A stretch of DNA of 64,000 nucleotides, taken from assembly GCA_045616265.1 (NCBI GenBank), contig JAZLGK010000211.1, forward strand, positions 5,056-69,055. Reading direction: 5' to 3'. A program made the position numbers and the translations under genes. The stretch comes from Candidatus Limivicinus sp. GTDB taxonomy: Bacteria > Bacillota > Clostridia > Oscillospirales > Oscillospiraceae. Positions 28,280-37,654 of the stretch are shown in pieces; within the stretch, counting starts at the first letter, position 1, and the number at the start of each line of letters is the position of its first letter. Under the pieces are notes generated by a model that saw only the letters and a list, made by a program, of their open reading frames with translations, was not told the origin of the DNA and did no database searches.

Positions 28280-29116
28280 GTGAATATACTGGCACTGGAT
28301 AACGATGAGCTTTCGCTGAGACAATTGGAACGCGAACTTGAAAAGGTTTTTCCAAACGATACGATACTGTGCTTTGAAAACATCTCGGCCTGTCTTGCTT
28401 ATCTTGACAGGGCAGCAGCATCCGGGGAAAGCGCTGCGTATGCCTTCCTTGAAATAGAGCTTCCCGACGGCAGCGGATTTGAGCTTGCAAAAAGACTCAG
28501 AGAGAGCTTCAAGGGGATAAAAATAGTCTTCTGCACGGCTTTTCCCGGGTACTCCATGGAAGCCTTCCGTCTCTATGCCAACGGTTATCTGCTGAAACCC
28601 GTCAAAGCCGGGGAAATACGCGAGCTTCTCAGCACGCTGGAACCGGTTGTCGGCGACGGTGTTCCCCATGTTGCGATACAGACCTTCGGAAATTTTGATG
28701 TGTTCATTGACGGAAAGCTGGCGCTCTTCACCAGAAGCAAAGCAAAAGAGCTTCTGGCGTATCTCGTTGACAGAAACGGAGCCAGCGTCTCCTCCGCCGA
28801 GATCGGAGCCGTCCTCTGGGAAGACCGGGTCAACGCGGAGACGGCAAAAGACAGAGTACAGCATACGAAAAAAGATCTCCGGGACACGCTGTCCGGGTAC
28901 GGTGTAGAGAACATTCTCCTGTCCGGCTGGAACTCCATGGCCATTGACAAAAGCAAGGTGTCCTGTGATTACTACAATTTTCTGAAAGGGGAAGCAAAAG
29001 CCGTCCAAAGCTATCTCGGAGAATACATGACGAATTACAGCTGGGCGGAAGATACCGCCGGTGCGCTCCGCTTCTCACAGAAAAAATATAATTCTCCCAA
29101 AACTGCACCGCAATAG
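28280..29116 (+). CDS. Orphan response-regulator-like transcription factor (REC + SARP/BTAD-type wHTH, COG3947-like) with Glu at the phospho-acceptor position
   Basis: The REC pattern is LALDNDE ... AFLEIELPDGSG ... GYLLKPV. The C-terminal part is FGNFDVFIDGKLALFTRSKAKELLAYLV. GTG start. Confidence 0.7.
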   Translation: MNILALDNDELSLRQLERELEKVFPNDTILCFENISACLAYLDRAAASGESAAYAFLEIELPDGSGFELAKRLRESFKGIKIVFCTAFPGYSMEAFRLYANGYLLKPVKAGEIRELLSTLEPVVGDGVPHVAIQTFGNFDVFIDGKLALFTRSKAKELLAYLVDRNGASVSSAEIGAVLWEDRVNAETAKDRVQHTKKDLRDTLSGYGVENILLSGWNSMAIDKSKVSCDYYNFLKGEAKAVQSYLGEYMTNYSWAEDTAGALRFSQKKYNSPKTAPQ

Positions 29117-29225
29117 TCGGTGCAATTTTTGCCTTTCATACTCTTTTCATACGTAAAACATCTTTTTTTCATCCTGCCCCTCTTAAAATCCAACTTGAAA
29201 TATGATGGCAGGAGGATGGCAGTCT

Positions 29226-30749
29226 ATGAAAAACAAAAGCTATCAAAGAGAAAAGAAATCCAAGCGAATGATAAACCTTTTACCGGCGATGTTTCTGCTT
29301 ATCAGCCTCGTTTTGCCGGGGGCCGCGTCAGCGATTGATGATGAGATCTCCGCTGCACCGAATTACAACGCCGAAACGGATGTAAGCTCCGTCCTTTCCG
29401 AAACGGAAGCTCCTGAGCAGGTCGAAGAAACGGAAAACGGTGTTGACTCCGGGGAAACGACCGAAGAGACAGAAACGGGCAGTGAATCCGAGGAAATAAT
29501 CGAAGAAACAGAGCCTTCGGAGGAATCCGGGGAACCGGAAGCCGAACCCGAAGAAATGCTGTTGCAAGCAAATGACACCCCTGCGGTATTCTCCGACAGC
29601 GCGGAAGATATCAACTATATCATCGTTGAAAAAAGGTTCGTCGGTTTGCCCGAAGATAAGATTCCCGCTTCTTTTCAAATCAGCGTTTCTTCCGACCGTG
29701 ATGTCTACATATTAAATAAAGACAATACGACCGGCAAGAGAGAAGTGGACGGAACTGTGATATGGACGTGGAAGATCATCGGCGCGGGCATAGGGACATA
29801 CAGTGTGAGCGAATCGAATGAAAGCTCGGACGGTTACAGCGTGACGAAAAGCGGCGAAGGGACGGTGGAGGTCAAAGCGGCAAATATGGCGGTGGCTGTT
29901 CCGGTGCATGAAACCACGTGCAGTCATACCAACTGGCCCGTCAGAGTAGATGGGGACAGCAATGTCCTCTTTGCGGCAACGCTTACGCAGGGCGGAATTG
30001 CGGTCATTTCGAAGGAACCGCTCTCCGCTTCCCAAAGAGCCGCCGTTTCCTCGGCCGTTCTCAGAATAAACGGGCCGTGGAAGACTCCGGTATATTTTTA
30101 CAGTCTCCGGGAGCAGCTTCAAAACGGTAAAGGCTTTGAGCTGAACGGCGCGACCATTATCTACGATGCTTCCGCGGAGGAGATCGTTATCGGACAGACC
30201 AGAAACTGGCAGCACGTAGCGACGCTGAAATATTCTCTTTCCGACGCAAGCAATCCGGAGATCGCACTTATCAATACCTATGAGCGTGATCGGACAAATG
30301 TGACCGTTTCCAAATCGGTTTCGGGAGCTTTGGGCGACCGCAATAAAAGCTTTGATTTTACGGTTTCCGTAAAGCTTGGCGAGGATGATGCAATTTTTAA
30401 AATAAACGGCACACAATATACAGGAAAAGCACAATTTTCACTGAAGCACAGCGAAAGTGTTATTCTGGAAGATGTTCCGGTCGGAGCTGCGGTAACGGTG
30501 AGCGAGAACGATTACAGCAGAATGAATTACGCCGCATCCTATTCGATCGACGGTCAGAGCTCTGTCGGAGGAAGAACAGCCGTTCTTGAAAGCGTCGGTG
30601 CAAACGGAAATACCGCAGCTTTCACGAATACAAAAGACTTTGCCCCCGATACGGGCGTCATGCAGGATGTTCTGCCGTATGCTCTGCTCCTCGGCATGAC
30701 GGCGGCAGGTACTTTTGTGGCTGTTTTTCGCCGGAGAAAAGCGGGGTGA
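29226..30749 (+). CDS. Sortase-anchored surface protein / ancillary (tip?) pilin with an acidic E/T-rich linker
   Basis: It has a signal peptide and a C-terminal sorting signal (FAPDTG, then a hydrophobic helix, then RRRKAG). Its C-terminal domain is paralogous to that of 31330-32307 (KSVSGALGDRNKSFDFTVSV versus KSVTGSLGDTGKYFSFTVTL). Confidence 0.75.
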   Translation: MKNKSYQREKKSKRMINLLPAMFLLISLVLPGAASAIDDEISAAPNYNAETDVSSVLSETEAPEQVEETENGVDSGETTEETETGSESEEIIEETEPSEESGEPEAEPEEMLLQANDTPAVFSDSAEDINYIIVEKRFVGLPEDKIPASFQISVSSDRDVYILNKDNTTGKREVDGTVIWTWKIIGAGIGTYSVSESNESSDGYSVTKSGEGTVEVKAANMAVAVPVHETTCSHTNWPVRVDGDSNVLFAATLTQGGIAVISKEPLSASQRAAVSSAVLRINGPWKTPVYFYSLREQLQNGKGFELNGATIIYDASAEEIVIGQTRNWQHVATLKYSLSDASNPEIALINTYERDRTNVTVSKSVSGALGDRNKSFDFTVSVKLGEDDAIFKINGTQYTGKAQFSLKHSESVILEDVPVGAAVTVSENDYSRMNYAASYSIDGQSSVGGRTAVLESVGANGNTAAFTNTKDFAPDTGVMQDVLPYALLLGMTAAGTFVAVFRRRKAG

Positions 30750-30753
30750 AGAT

Positions 30754-31287
30754 ATGACAGGTATCCTCATCGAAAAGATCGGCAAACGGCGCGGTCTGTC
30801 GGAAACGGCTGTCGGATATATTGCGCTTGTTCTGCGCATCCTCTTTATAGCCGCTGTCGGCGCAGCTCTCTTCACAAAGGTATTTCTGGTAACGCAGGTG
30901 ACAGGCAATGAGATGTTCCCGGCTCTGAAGGACGGAGACCTTATCCTTGCTTTCCGGCTTCAGCGAAACTATGCAAAAAACGATGTCGTCGCTTACACAT
31001 ACGGAGGGAAAACGTATGCAGGGCGCATCGCCGCACTGGAGGACGATGTGGTAACCGTTGATGAAAGCGGCGTCCTGCTGGTAAACGGGACAGAGCAGAG
31101 AGGGGAGATCCTGTATCCTACCTATGCCGAAGACGGTCTTCTCTATCCGTATAGAGTTTCCGAAGGATGCGTTTTTGTACTGGGCGATTACCGCACAGCA
31201 GCACATGACAGTCGTGAAAGGGGTGAGATAGCCTTGGAGGATGTTGGAGGAAAGGTCATCAGCCTCCTCCGCAGGAGAGGTTTATAG
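30754..31287 (+). CDS. Signal-peptidase-I-like protein lacking the Ser/Lys dyad (SipA/LepA-type pilus assembly factor)
   Basis: This is an S26 fold: box B reads GNEMFPAL (Ser to Glu), box D reads AGRIAALEDD (Lys to Gly), and box E GDYRTAAHDSR is retained. It sits between pilin genes. Confidence 0.7.
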   Translation: MTGILIEKIGKRRGLSETAVGYIALVLRILFIAAVGAALFTKVFLVTQVTGNEMFPALKDGDLILAFRLQRNYAKNDVVAYTYGGKTYAGRIAALEDDVVTVDESGVLLVNGTEQRGEILYPTYAEDGLLYPYRVSEGCVFVLGDYRTAAHDSRERGEIALEDVGGKVISLLRRRGL

Positions 31288-31329
31288 ACTTGTTCCTGCA
31301 CATTATCAAAAAACAAAAGGAGAATTTGA

Positions 31330-32307
31330 ATGAAAGCTGAAAAAACAGTATCCGCGGCTCTGGTTTTCTGCCTGATCCTTTGCCTCGGAATAAGCGCGTT
31401 TGCGGTCGATGAGCCGGTACCCGTACAGTATACGGATGATACGAGCGTGACCGTGACCAAGGTGTATAAGCTCGTCGGCGACGGCAGCAGCCCCGCGGAA
31501 ACCTTCACTCTCCGTCAGATCGGAGAGGGCGGCGTAAAAGACGGAGAAGCGGACTCCGCGCCCGATCTTGTCGGCATCACGGATGTAAGCTTTGCGGAGG
31601 GCGCGGCGACCGCCGAAGGCGCGGAGGCCGAATTCACCATAACTCTGCCGACCTACGAAAGAGTCGGCATATACGAGTACACTCTGGCGGAGACGAAGGG
31701 ATCGACTGCCGGTGTGACCTACTACGGAAACGAGATCCGGCTCGTGGTGACCGTTATAAACGACGAGGAGACCGGCCGACTTCGTATTGCCGCCGTGCAT
31801 ACCGAGAGCGTCGGCGATGAAAAGTCAGACCGTTTTTCCAACATCTACTCTGCCGGAAAACTGAACATCACCAAGTCCGTTACGGGCAGTCTGGGCGATA
31901 CGGGCAAATACTTCTCCTTTACCGTGACACTGACCGGTGAAAGCGACAAAACCTACAATGAATCGTATGCCGTTTCCGGCGGCTCTTCGGATAAAAATCC
32001 AACGAGCATCAAAATCGGCGAAGCGACGGCATTTTATCTTAAATCTGACGACACTCTGAGCATTTCAAACCTGCCCTACGGCGTCAGCTATACGGTAACG
32101 GAGGATACCCCATCCGATTATACCCTGACGAAGTCGGGTGATACCGGCACCGTTGATTCCGCCTTGCAGACGGCTGAGTTCACCAACAACAAGGGAGGCG
32201 ATCCCGACACCGGCGTTTCCCTTGACAGCCTTCCCTTTATCATTGTCCTTGTTCTTGCCGGACTCGGAGCGATCATCCTTTCCCTGAGAAAGCGTTTTTC
32301 CAAGTAA
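31330..32307 (+). CDS. Pilin subunit (likely backbone pilin; FctA/Spy0128-like two-domain)
   Basis: It has a signal peptide, the segment GIYEYTLAETKGSTAGVTY, and the sorting signal GDPDTG followed by a TM helix and RKRFSK. Confidence 0.7.
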   Translation: MKAEKTVSAALVFCLILCLGISAFAVDEPVPVQYTDDTSVTVTKVYKLVGDGSSPAETFTLRQIGEGGVKDGEADSAPDLVGITDVSFAEGAATAEGAEAEFTITLPTYERVGIYEYTLAETKGSTAGVTYYGNEIRLVVTVINDEETGRLRIAAVHTESVGDEKSDRFSNIYSAGKLNITKSVTGSLGDTGKYFSFTVTLTGESDKTYNESYAVSGGSSDKNPTSIKIGEATAFYLKSDDTLSISNLPYGVSYTVTEDTPSDYTLTKSGDTGTVDSALQTAEFTNNKGGDPDTGVSLDSLPFIIVLVLAGLGAIILSLRKRFSK

Positions 32308-32375
32308 ACGCTGAAAATCTTTTTCAAAATTCCCGGGGACAGACGGCTTTGTCTGTCCCCGGGTAAGGTGAAAAA

Positions 32376-33146
32376 ATGGCAAAAAGAATCCTGAAATTTT
32401 TGAATACCCTCGTTGATCTTGCGGTTTTTCTTGCCCTGCTGATATCGGGATCATATTCCGCTTTTGCGCTCTGGGACAATAACCGAGTATATGCCCAAGC
32501 CGAAAACGTTCGGGAGGAGCTGCTTGCATTCAAGCCCAAAACAGACCCGCTTGCCGATAACGGCGCTTCCTTTGAAGAACTCCGGGCGATCAATCCCGAT
32601 GTCTGTGCATGGCTGAGTCTTGCCGATACCAAAATAGATTATCCTGTTCTGCAGGGGGACAGCAACCTGAGCTATATCAATACCGATGTGTACGGAAATT
32701 TCGCTTTAGCCGGGAGTATTTTTCTGGACTCCCGCTGTAATACCGCCTTCCGGGACAGCTTCAGCCTCCTTTACGGGCATCATATGGATAGCAGCAAAAT
32801 GTTCGGCGATTTGGATTTATACAAAGACGAACCGTTTTTCAGCGAGAATCCCGGCGGTCTGCTTATCCTGCCGGATCGCACATATAAGCTGGAGATCCTT
32901 GCCTGTCTGCTGGTACCGTCCTCTGAAAGGTACGTTTTTGAGCCGCAGCAATGGAGAGATGGCGCCGGGGGACTTGTCGATTTTGCGGAAAGAAACGCCA
33001 TACTTCTAAGCGAGCCGCTGCTTGAAAGAATACGCTCCTGTGAAGAATGTCCGCCGATCCTCGGGATGAGTACATGCGCATCCGAATTCACGGATGCAAG
33101 AACAGTCGTTCTGGCAGTTATGGAAGAAATAAATGGAGGATCATAA
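32376..33146 (+). CDS. Class B sortase (pilin polymerase type)
   Basis: It has an N-terminal TM helix, then NPDVCAWLSLADTKIDYPVLQGDSN, GSIFLD, LLYGHHMDSSKMFGDL and MSTC...R. Confidence 0.8.
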   Translation: MAKRILKFLNTLVDLAVFLALLISGSYSAFALWDNNRVYAQAENVREELLAFKPKTDPLADNGASFEELRAINPDVCAWLSLADTKIDYPVLQGDSNLSYINTDVYGNFALAGSIFLDSRCNTAFRDSFSLLYGHHMDSSKMFGDLDLYKDEPFFSENPGGLLILPDRTYKLEILACLLVPSSERYVFEPQQWRDGAGGLVDFAERNAILLSEPLLERIRSCEECPPILGMSTCASEFTDARTVVLAVMEEINGGS

Positions 33147-33998
33147 ATGAACAAAAAATCATACACAATACCCATGCTTTTGCTGATATTGCTTCTGAGT
33201 CTGACGCTTCTTCCGCTATCCGCGTTTGCGCTGACTCCCGCTTCGGCGACTCTGCCGGTGAGCGTTCGTGTAAGCGGAAGTGCACCCATGGAGAACTACC
33301 GTTTCCGACTGACGCCCCGGGACAAGGCCCCCATGCCGGCAGAAGGGCAGGAGTACTGCGAAATATCCTGCACCGGCGCGGGATATGTGAGTTTCCCGAC
33401 CGTTATTTATCCGACGGTGGGCATATATCATTATACGGTTTCACAGATCCCCGGAAGCTATCCGGGAGCGCAGTATGATGACCGGGTATACGATGTCACG
33501 GTAACGGTATCCAATTCGGAAGACAGAAGCGGTCTGAGAGCGGCAATATCCGTAAGAAACGACGGCAAAAAATATGAAGCCGCCGAATTTACGAACGCTT
33601 ACACACCGGAAGTCACCTATCAGCCTGTTTATGTCCGCAAGCTCTGGGTCGATCCCGGTCAGAACCGCCCCACATCGGTTACCGTGAAGCTCATATCGGA
33701 GGGCAGAGTTCTGGCGACTGCTGTTCTCAATGCCGAAAACGGCTGGTCTTATGCATGGAAAGGACTTGTTGAGAGCGGTAAAGAATGGCATATTGTGGAA
33801 GATCCCGTCCCGGGAAGATATGTTGTTTCGTACAGCCACACGGGTAATGTGGCAACGATCACCAATACCCTGACGACCGGGCTCATTCAGACCGGACAGC
33901 TTGTATGGCCGATCTGGGTGCTGGGCGGCGCGGGTATTCTGCTCGGCGCTGTGGGCATTGCGGGTCTTTGGAAAAGGCGAAAGAAAAACCATGAGTAA
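33147..33998 (+). CDS. Pilin/ancillary pilin with a pilin isopeptide-linkage-type domain plus a CnaB-type domain
   Basis: It has a signal peptide, GIYHYTVSQIPGSYPGAQYDDRVYDVTVTV, and the CnaB-like YVRKLWVD...RPTSVTVKL...WSYAWKGL. The sorting signal is LIQTG followed by a TM helix and KRRKKNHE. Confidence 0.7.
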   Translation: MNKKSYTIPMLLLILLLSLTLLPLSAFALTPASATLPVSVRVSGSAPMENYRFRLTPRDKAPMPAEGQEYCEISCTGAGYVSFPTVIYPTVGIYHYTVSQIPGSYPGAQYDDRVYDVTVTVSNSEDRSGLRAAISVRNDGKKYEAAEFTNAYTPEVTYQPVYVRKLWVDPGQNRPTSVTVKLISEGRVLATAVLNAENGWSYAWKGLVESGKEWHIVEDPVPGRYVVSYSHTGNVATITNTLTTGLIQTGQLVWPIWVLGGAGILLGAVGIAGLWKRRKKNHE

Positions 33999-34578
33999 AA
34001 CGACAGGTTTATTTTTGACGTTTACAGGAGCAGTGCTGATCGTTTTCGCACTGCTCCTGACTGTAAATAATCAATATGAAGATGACCTCGCCGGACAGCG
34101 ATCCGAGGATATTCTGACAGTTATCAAATCCCATATAAAGCCGTCAGGCGCAGAGGAAAGTCCCCGGGAGCCGCTCCCGGCGGAGCTGCCTGTCAAAGAG
34201 CTTGACGGAAATGAATATGTGGGATATCTGGAAATACCGGCTCTTGATCTGAAGCTGCCGGTGATGAACGAATGGGATTACGCGAGACTGAAAACAGCGC
34301 CCTGCCGTCAGTCCGGTTCATCGCGCACGGACGATCTTGTGATTGCGGCGCATAATTACACAAGTCACTTCGGACGTTTAAAAGAGCTGAACGGCGGCGA
34401 AAGCGTCCTTTTCACGGACATGGACGGGATCGTCAGCACGTATACCGTTGAAGCTCTTGAAACGCTGGACCCGGACGATACGGAAACCGTCCTCGGCGGC
34501 GGGTCTGACCTTGTGCTGTATACCTGCACCGTCGGAGGCGGCGCAAGAGTTGCCGCGTTCTGTAATAGAGCGGAGTAA
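33991..34578 (+). CDS. Sortase (small, class undetermined; possibly the anchoring sortase)
   Basis: It has an N-terminal TM helix, YLEIPALDLKLPV, AAHNY and LVLYTCT...R. ATG 33991 overlaps the upstream stop by 8 nt. Confidence 0.75.
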   Translation: MSKTTGLFLTFTGAVLIVFALLLTVNNQYEDDLAGQRSEDILTVIKSHIKPSGAEESPREPLPAELPVKELDGNEYVGYLEIPALDLKLPVMNEWDYARLKTAPCRQSGSSRTDDLVIAAHNYTSHFGRLKELNGGESVLFTDMDGIVSTYTVEALETLDPDDTETVLGGGSDLVLYTCTVGGGARVAAFCNRAE

Positions 34579-34589
34579 ACTCTGGCTGT

Positions 34590-36146
34590 TCACAGCAGCT
34601 CTGCGAACAGGCGCAGAATAAGCTGCAGCAGACTCAGACCGGATTTTCCGTCGCGGTAAACCTCGGTCACCTCACGGGATTGCGCGAAGGTACGCTCAAA
34701 GTCGGCCTTCATATCGCCGACGGCCGTGCTGCCATAGAAGAAACAGCCGTTTTCAAAGTGGTGGTAAAGACTGCGGTAATCCAGATTGATCGTGCCGCAG
34801 GTAGCCATTTTATCGTCGGCAAGACTCATTTTGGCGTGGACAAAGCCGGGAGACCATTCGTATATTCTCACGTAGTTTTTGACAAGCGGAGGATAGAAGG
34901 AGCGCGTCACCCGGTATACCAGCTTTTTATCGGGTATGCCGGGCGTGACGATGCGCACGTCAACACCCCGGCGCGCCGCAAGACTCATCGCTTTGAGCAT
35001 TTCATCGGACAGGATAAGATAGGGCGTGCAGAACCAGCAGTAATCCGTCGCCTTGTCCAGCATACTGATATATACGTCCTCCCCAACGTGCTTGCCGTAG
35101 AGCGGGTTGACAGAGTAAGGCATGACATAACCCTCGGCGTTCTCCGCCGGGGAGAGCTCGGGCAGATATTTGTCCACATCATAATCATCCGCTTTTCCGT
35201 TATTTACCGCCGTCCACATCTCAAGGAAGGTAACGGTCATGCTTCTTACGGCAGGGCCGGTGATCTTGATGCCGGTGTCCTTCCATCTCCCGTAGGGGCT
35301 GGAAATGTTAAAATATTCGTTTGCCAGATTGTACCCGCCGGTAAAGCCCACTTTGCCGTCAATAACGGTTATTTTGCGGTGATCGCGATTGTTGAGGAAT
35401 ATATTCAGACCGAACTTAAACGGGTTGAACACATGACAGCGTATGCCTTTACTCTCCAGCAGCTTTGCAAAATCCGTGTTGACAAAGCCGATGGAACCCA
35501 TGTCGTCATAGAATACCCTTACTTCGACTCCGGCGGCATGGCGTTCCTCCAGAACTTTCTGTATTCTCCCCCAGCTTTCGGCGTTTTCTATGGCGTGGTA
35601 TTCCATGAAAATGAACTTCTCGGCTTTCGCAAGCTCTTTAAGCTGAGCTTCCAATCCTTCGGAGGCGTCGGAGAAATACTCGACGGCGGAGTCGGCGTAT
35701 AGGGGATAACGGTTGTTTCTCGCGATATAGCAGGCAATATTGCCCGCCGCCGGATCAAGGCGGCGGAGCGAATCAAGCTCTTCCGCATTTTTGGGGAGCT
35801 TCGGCAGCAGAAGGGCATTTGCCTCCGCAAAATTCATTTTCATTTTCTTTGTATGGGCGCTGCTGCCGACGAGAAGATAGAGAAAAAGTCCGAAAAGCGG
35901 GAAAGCCAGGATCAGGAATATCCACGGCATTTTCATAGAGGATGTCTTGTTCTGTCCGTAAATTCTCAGCGACACAAACAGCGCCAGAGAATTGATGACA
36001 ATTCCGATCCATGCGAAATGCGAGCTGAGTCGAGACAAAAGAAAAAACCACAGTCCGATACTCAACAGCAGCGACAGCAGAGAAAATACCATTCGTTTGA
36101 CGCCGTTTTTTGCGGCGGCCTTTTTTTCAACGGTAAGAGAACTCAT
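34590..36146 (-). CDS. cls: Cardiolipin synthase (PLD superfamily, two HKD motifs)
   Basis: It has N-terminal TM helices and the HKD motifs HRKITVIDGKVGFTGGYNL and HAKMSLADDKMATCGTINLD. Confidence 0.85.
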   Translation of the reverse strand: MSSLTVEKKAAAKNGVKRMVFSLLSLLLSIGLWFFLLSRLSSHFAWIGIVINSLALFVSLRIYGQNKTSSMKMPWIFLILAFPLFGLFLYLLVGSSAHTKKMKMNFAEANALLLPKLPKNAEELDSLRRLDPAAGNIACYIARNNRYPLYADSAVEYFSDASEGLEAQLKELAKAEKFIFMEYHAIENAESWGRIQKVLEERHAAGVEVRVFYDDMGSIGFVNTDFAKLLESKGIRCHVFNPFKFGLNIFLNNRDHRKITVIDGKVGFTGGYNLANEYFNISSPYGRWKDTGIKITGPAVRSMTVTFLEMWTAVNNGKADDYDVDKYLPELSPAENAEGYVMPYSVNPLYGKHVGEDVYISMLDKATDYCWFCTPYLILSDEMLKAMSLAARRGVDVRIVTPGIPDKKLVYRVTRSFYPPLVKNYVRIYEWSPGFVHAKMSLADDKMATCGTINLDYRSLYHHFENGCFFYGSTAVGDMKADFERTFAQSREVTEVYRDGKSGLSLLQLILRLFAELL

Positions 36147-36392
36147 CTCGGACTCCTTGCATTGCAGAATTTCTATTGATACTGATTCTCATTAAAAAGT
36201 AGACAAAGTCTGCTTTTTATAGTGCCGTCAGGTGCGTTGAGAATCGTATCAGACGGCATTTGCGTTTAGCAAATGGATGATGCCATAGGCAGCATCTCTC
36301 CAATAAAAAGTTTAAGCTTTTTATTGGAGAATGGTATGAGATAAGTATAGCGTCAAAAGACGGAAAAGTCCATTGATTTTTCGGAAATTGCA

Positions 36393-36429
36393 AAAATCCC
36401 GACACTGCCTGAAACAGTGTCGGGATTTT
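36393..36429 (-). terminator. Intrinsic terminator of the oxidoreductase operon
   Basis: 15-bp perfect stem AAAATCCCGACACTG / CAGTGTCGGGATTTT flanked by A and T runs. Confidence 0.75.
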
Positions 36430-36442
36430 ACTGACGGTAGAA

Positions 36443-37654
36443 TCAGAGTCTTGAGTCTACTTTGACGGTGATATCGCTCATGGGATAGGCAGAGCAGGGG
36501 TGGAAATAGCCGTGATCCTTGTCGGAGGCTCTTACACCGTCAGACTGAGGACGCTGCCATACCTCGCCTTCCAGAAGAAGGCTTCTGCACCAGCCGCAGG
36601 CGCCGCTTCTGCAATGGGTATCGGGTGCAAGGCCGGCCTTTTCGAGAGAGACGACGACCGTATCGGTAGCCTTTGCATCGATGACCTGTTCATCGGTGCC
36701 GAAAATGACCTTGATTTTGAAGGTCTCGTTCTCGTGTCCCTTGGGATAGAAGGGAGATTTCGTGATGTCGGCAGTCTCGCCGTACTCCGCCTTGCGGATG
36801 AATTTTTCCCGTATGCCCATCTTTTTGAACTCACCGTCCAGAAAATCATACATGGGCTGGGGGCCGCTGACAAAGTAGCTGACCTTATCCCAGTCGGGAA
36901 CGAGCTTCTTTATAAGCTCTGCGCTGATGAAGCCCTTTTCACCCTGCCAGCCCTCGCCCGGCTCGGAGAGAATGTTGAAAACCTCGATCGCGCCGTCGGA
37001 CTCTTTTGCGAGCGCGTTGAGCTCATCGAAGAAGATGATGTCGTTTTCGCTGCGTGAGCCGTAGAGGATCGTGAACTTCTCGGGACGCTTGGAGACAAGC
37101 ATCTCTCTTGCAATGGAGCGGAACGCCGTGATGCCGGAGCCGCCTGCGATACCGACAAGATGTTTGGTGTCGCGGATAGAGGACCAGTAGCCTTCGCCGA
37201 AAGCGCCGTCAAATACGACCTCGGTGCCTTCCTTCCAGTTATCCCAGACCCAGGAGGTCACATAGCCGTTCGGCATTTTGCGCAGAGTGATCTGCAAAAT
37301 GCCCTCGTCGGTATCATGGGGAGCGGAGGAGACGGAGAAGGGACGTGTGACCCATTTGCCGTCAATGCAGAATTTTACGGAAATGTGCTGACCGGCATAG
37401 AAATACGGAAGTTTATAGCCATCCAAAGCTTTGAAAGTGAACGTTTTTGCGGAAGGAGTCTCATCCTTGACGGAGGAAATGACAGCCTTTGTGAGAACAG
37501 GGTGCAGCTCGTTTGCAAGGTCGGCTGCATGGTCGGACATATCAAAGTCGGTGCTGCCGGAAGCTATCCATGCTTCACGTGCCTTGGTCAGACCGAAAAA
37601 TCCCATGAGGTCTTTAAAATATCCTCTGACGGAAACCTTTGCTTTATTAGCCAT
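36443..37654 (-). CDS. FNR-type flavin reductase fused to a C-terminal plant-type 2Fe-2S ferredoxin domain
   Basis: Contains the FAD motif RPFSVSS, the NAD(P) motif GIAGGSGITAF, and CRSGACGWC...C. Confidence 0.75.
   Translation of the reverse strand: MANKAKVSVRGYFKDLMGFFGLTKAREAWIASGSTDFDMSDHAADLANELHPVLTKAVISSVKDETPSAKTFTFKALDGYKLPYFYAGQHISVKFCIDGKWVTRPFSVSSAPHDTDEGILQITLRKMPNGYVTSWVWDNWKEGTEVVFDGAFGEGYWSSIRDTKHLVGIAGGSGITAFRSIAREMLVSKRPEKFTILYGSRSENDIIFFDELNALAKESDGAIEVFNILSEPGEGWQGEKGFISAELIKKLVPDWDKVSYFVSGPQPMYDFLDGEFKKMGIREKFIRKAEYGETADITKSPFYPKGHENETFKIKVIFGTDEQVIDAKATDTVVVSLEKAGLAPDTHCRSGACGWCRSLLLEGEVWQRPQSDGVRASDKDHGYFHPCSAYPMSDITVKVDSRL

Noticed and set aside
29363-29678. Antisense and out-of-frame ORFs across the acidic linker of the surface protein.
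   Set aside because: These are a by-product of the GAA/GAG-rich low-complexity coding sequence, with no independent signals.
33901-33990. TTG-initiated 30-aa extension of the second sortase ORF.
   Set aside because: It lies entirely within the preceding pilin gene in another frame. ATG 33991 gives the expected N-terminal membrane anchor.
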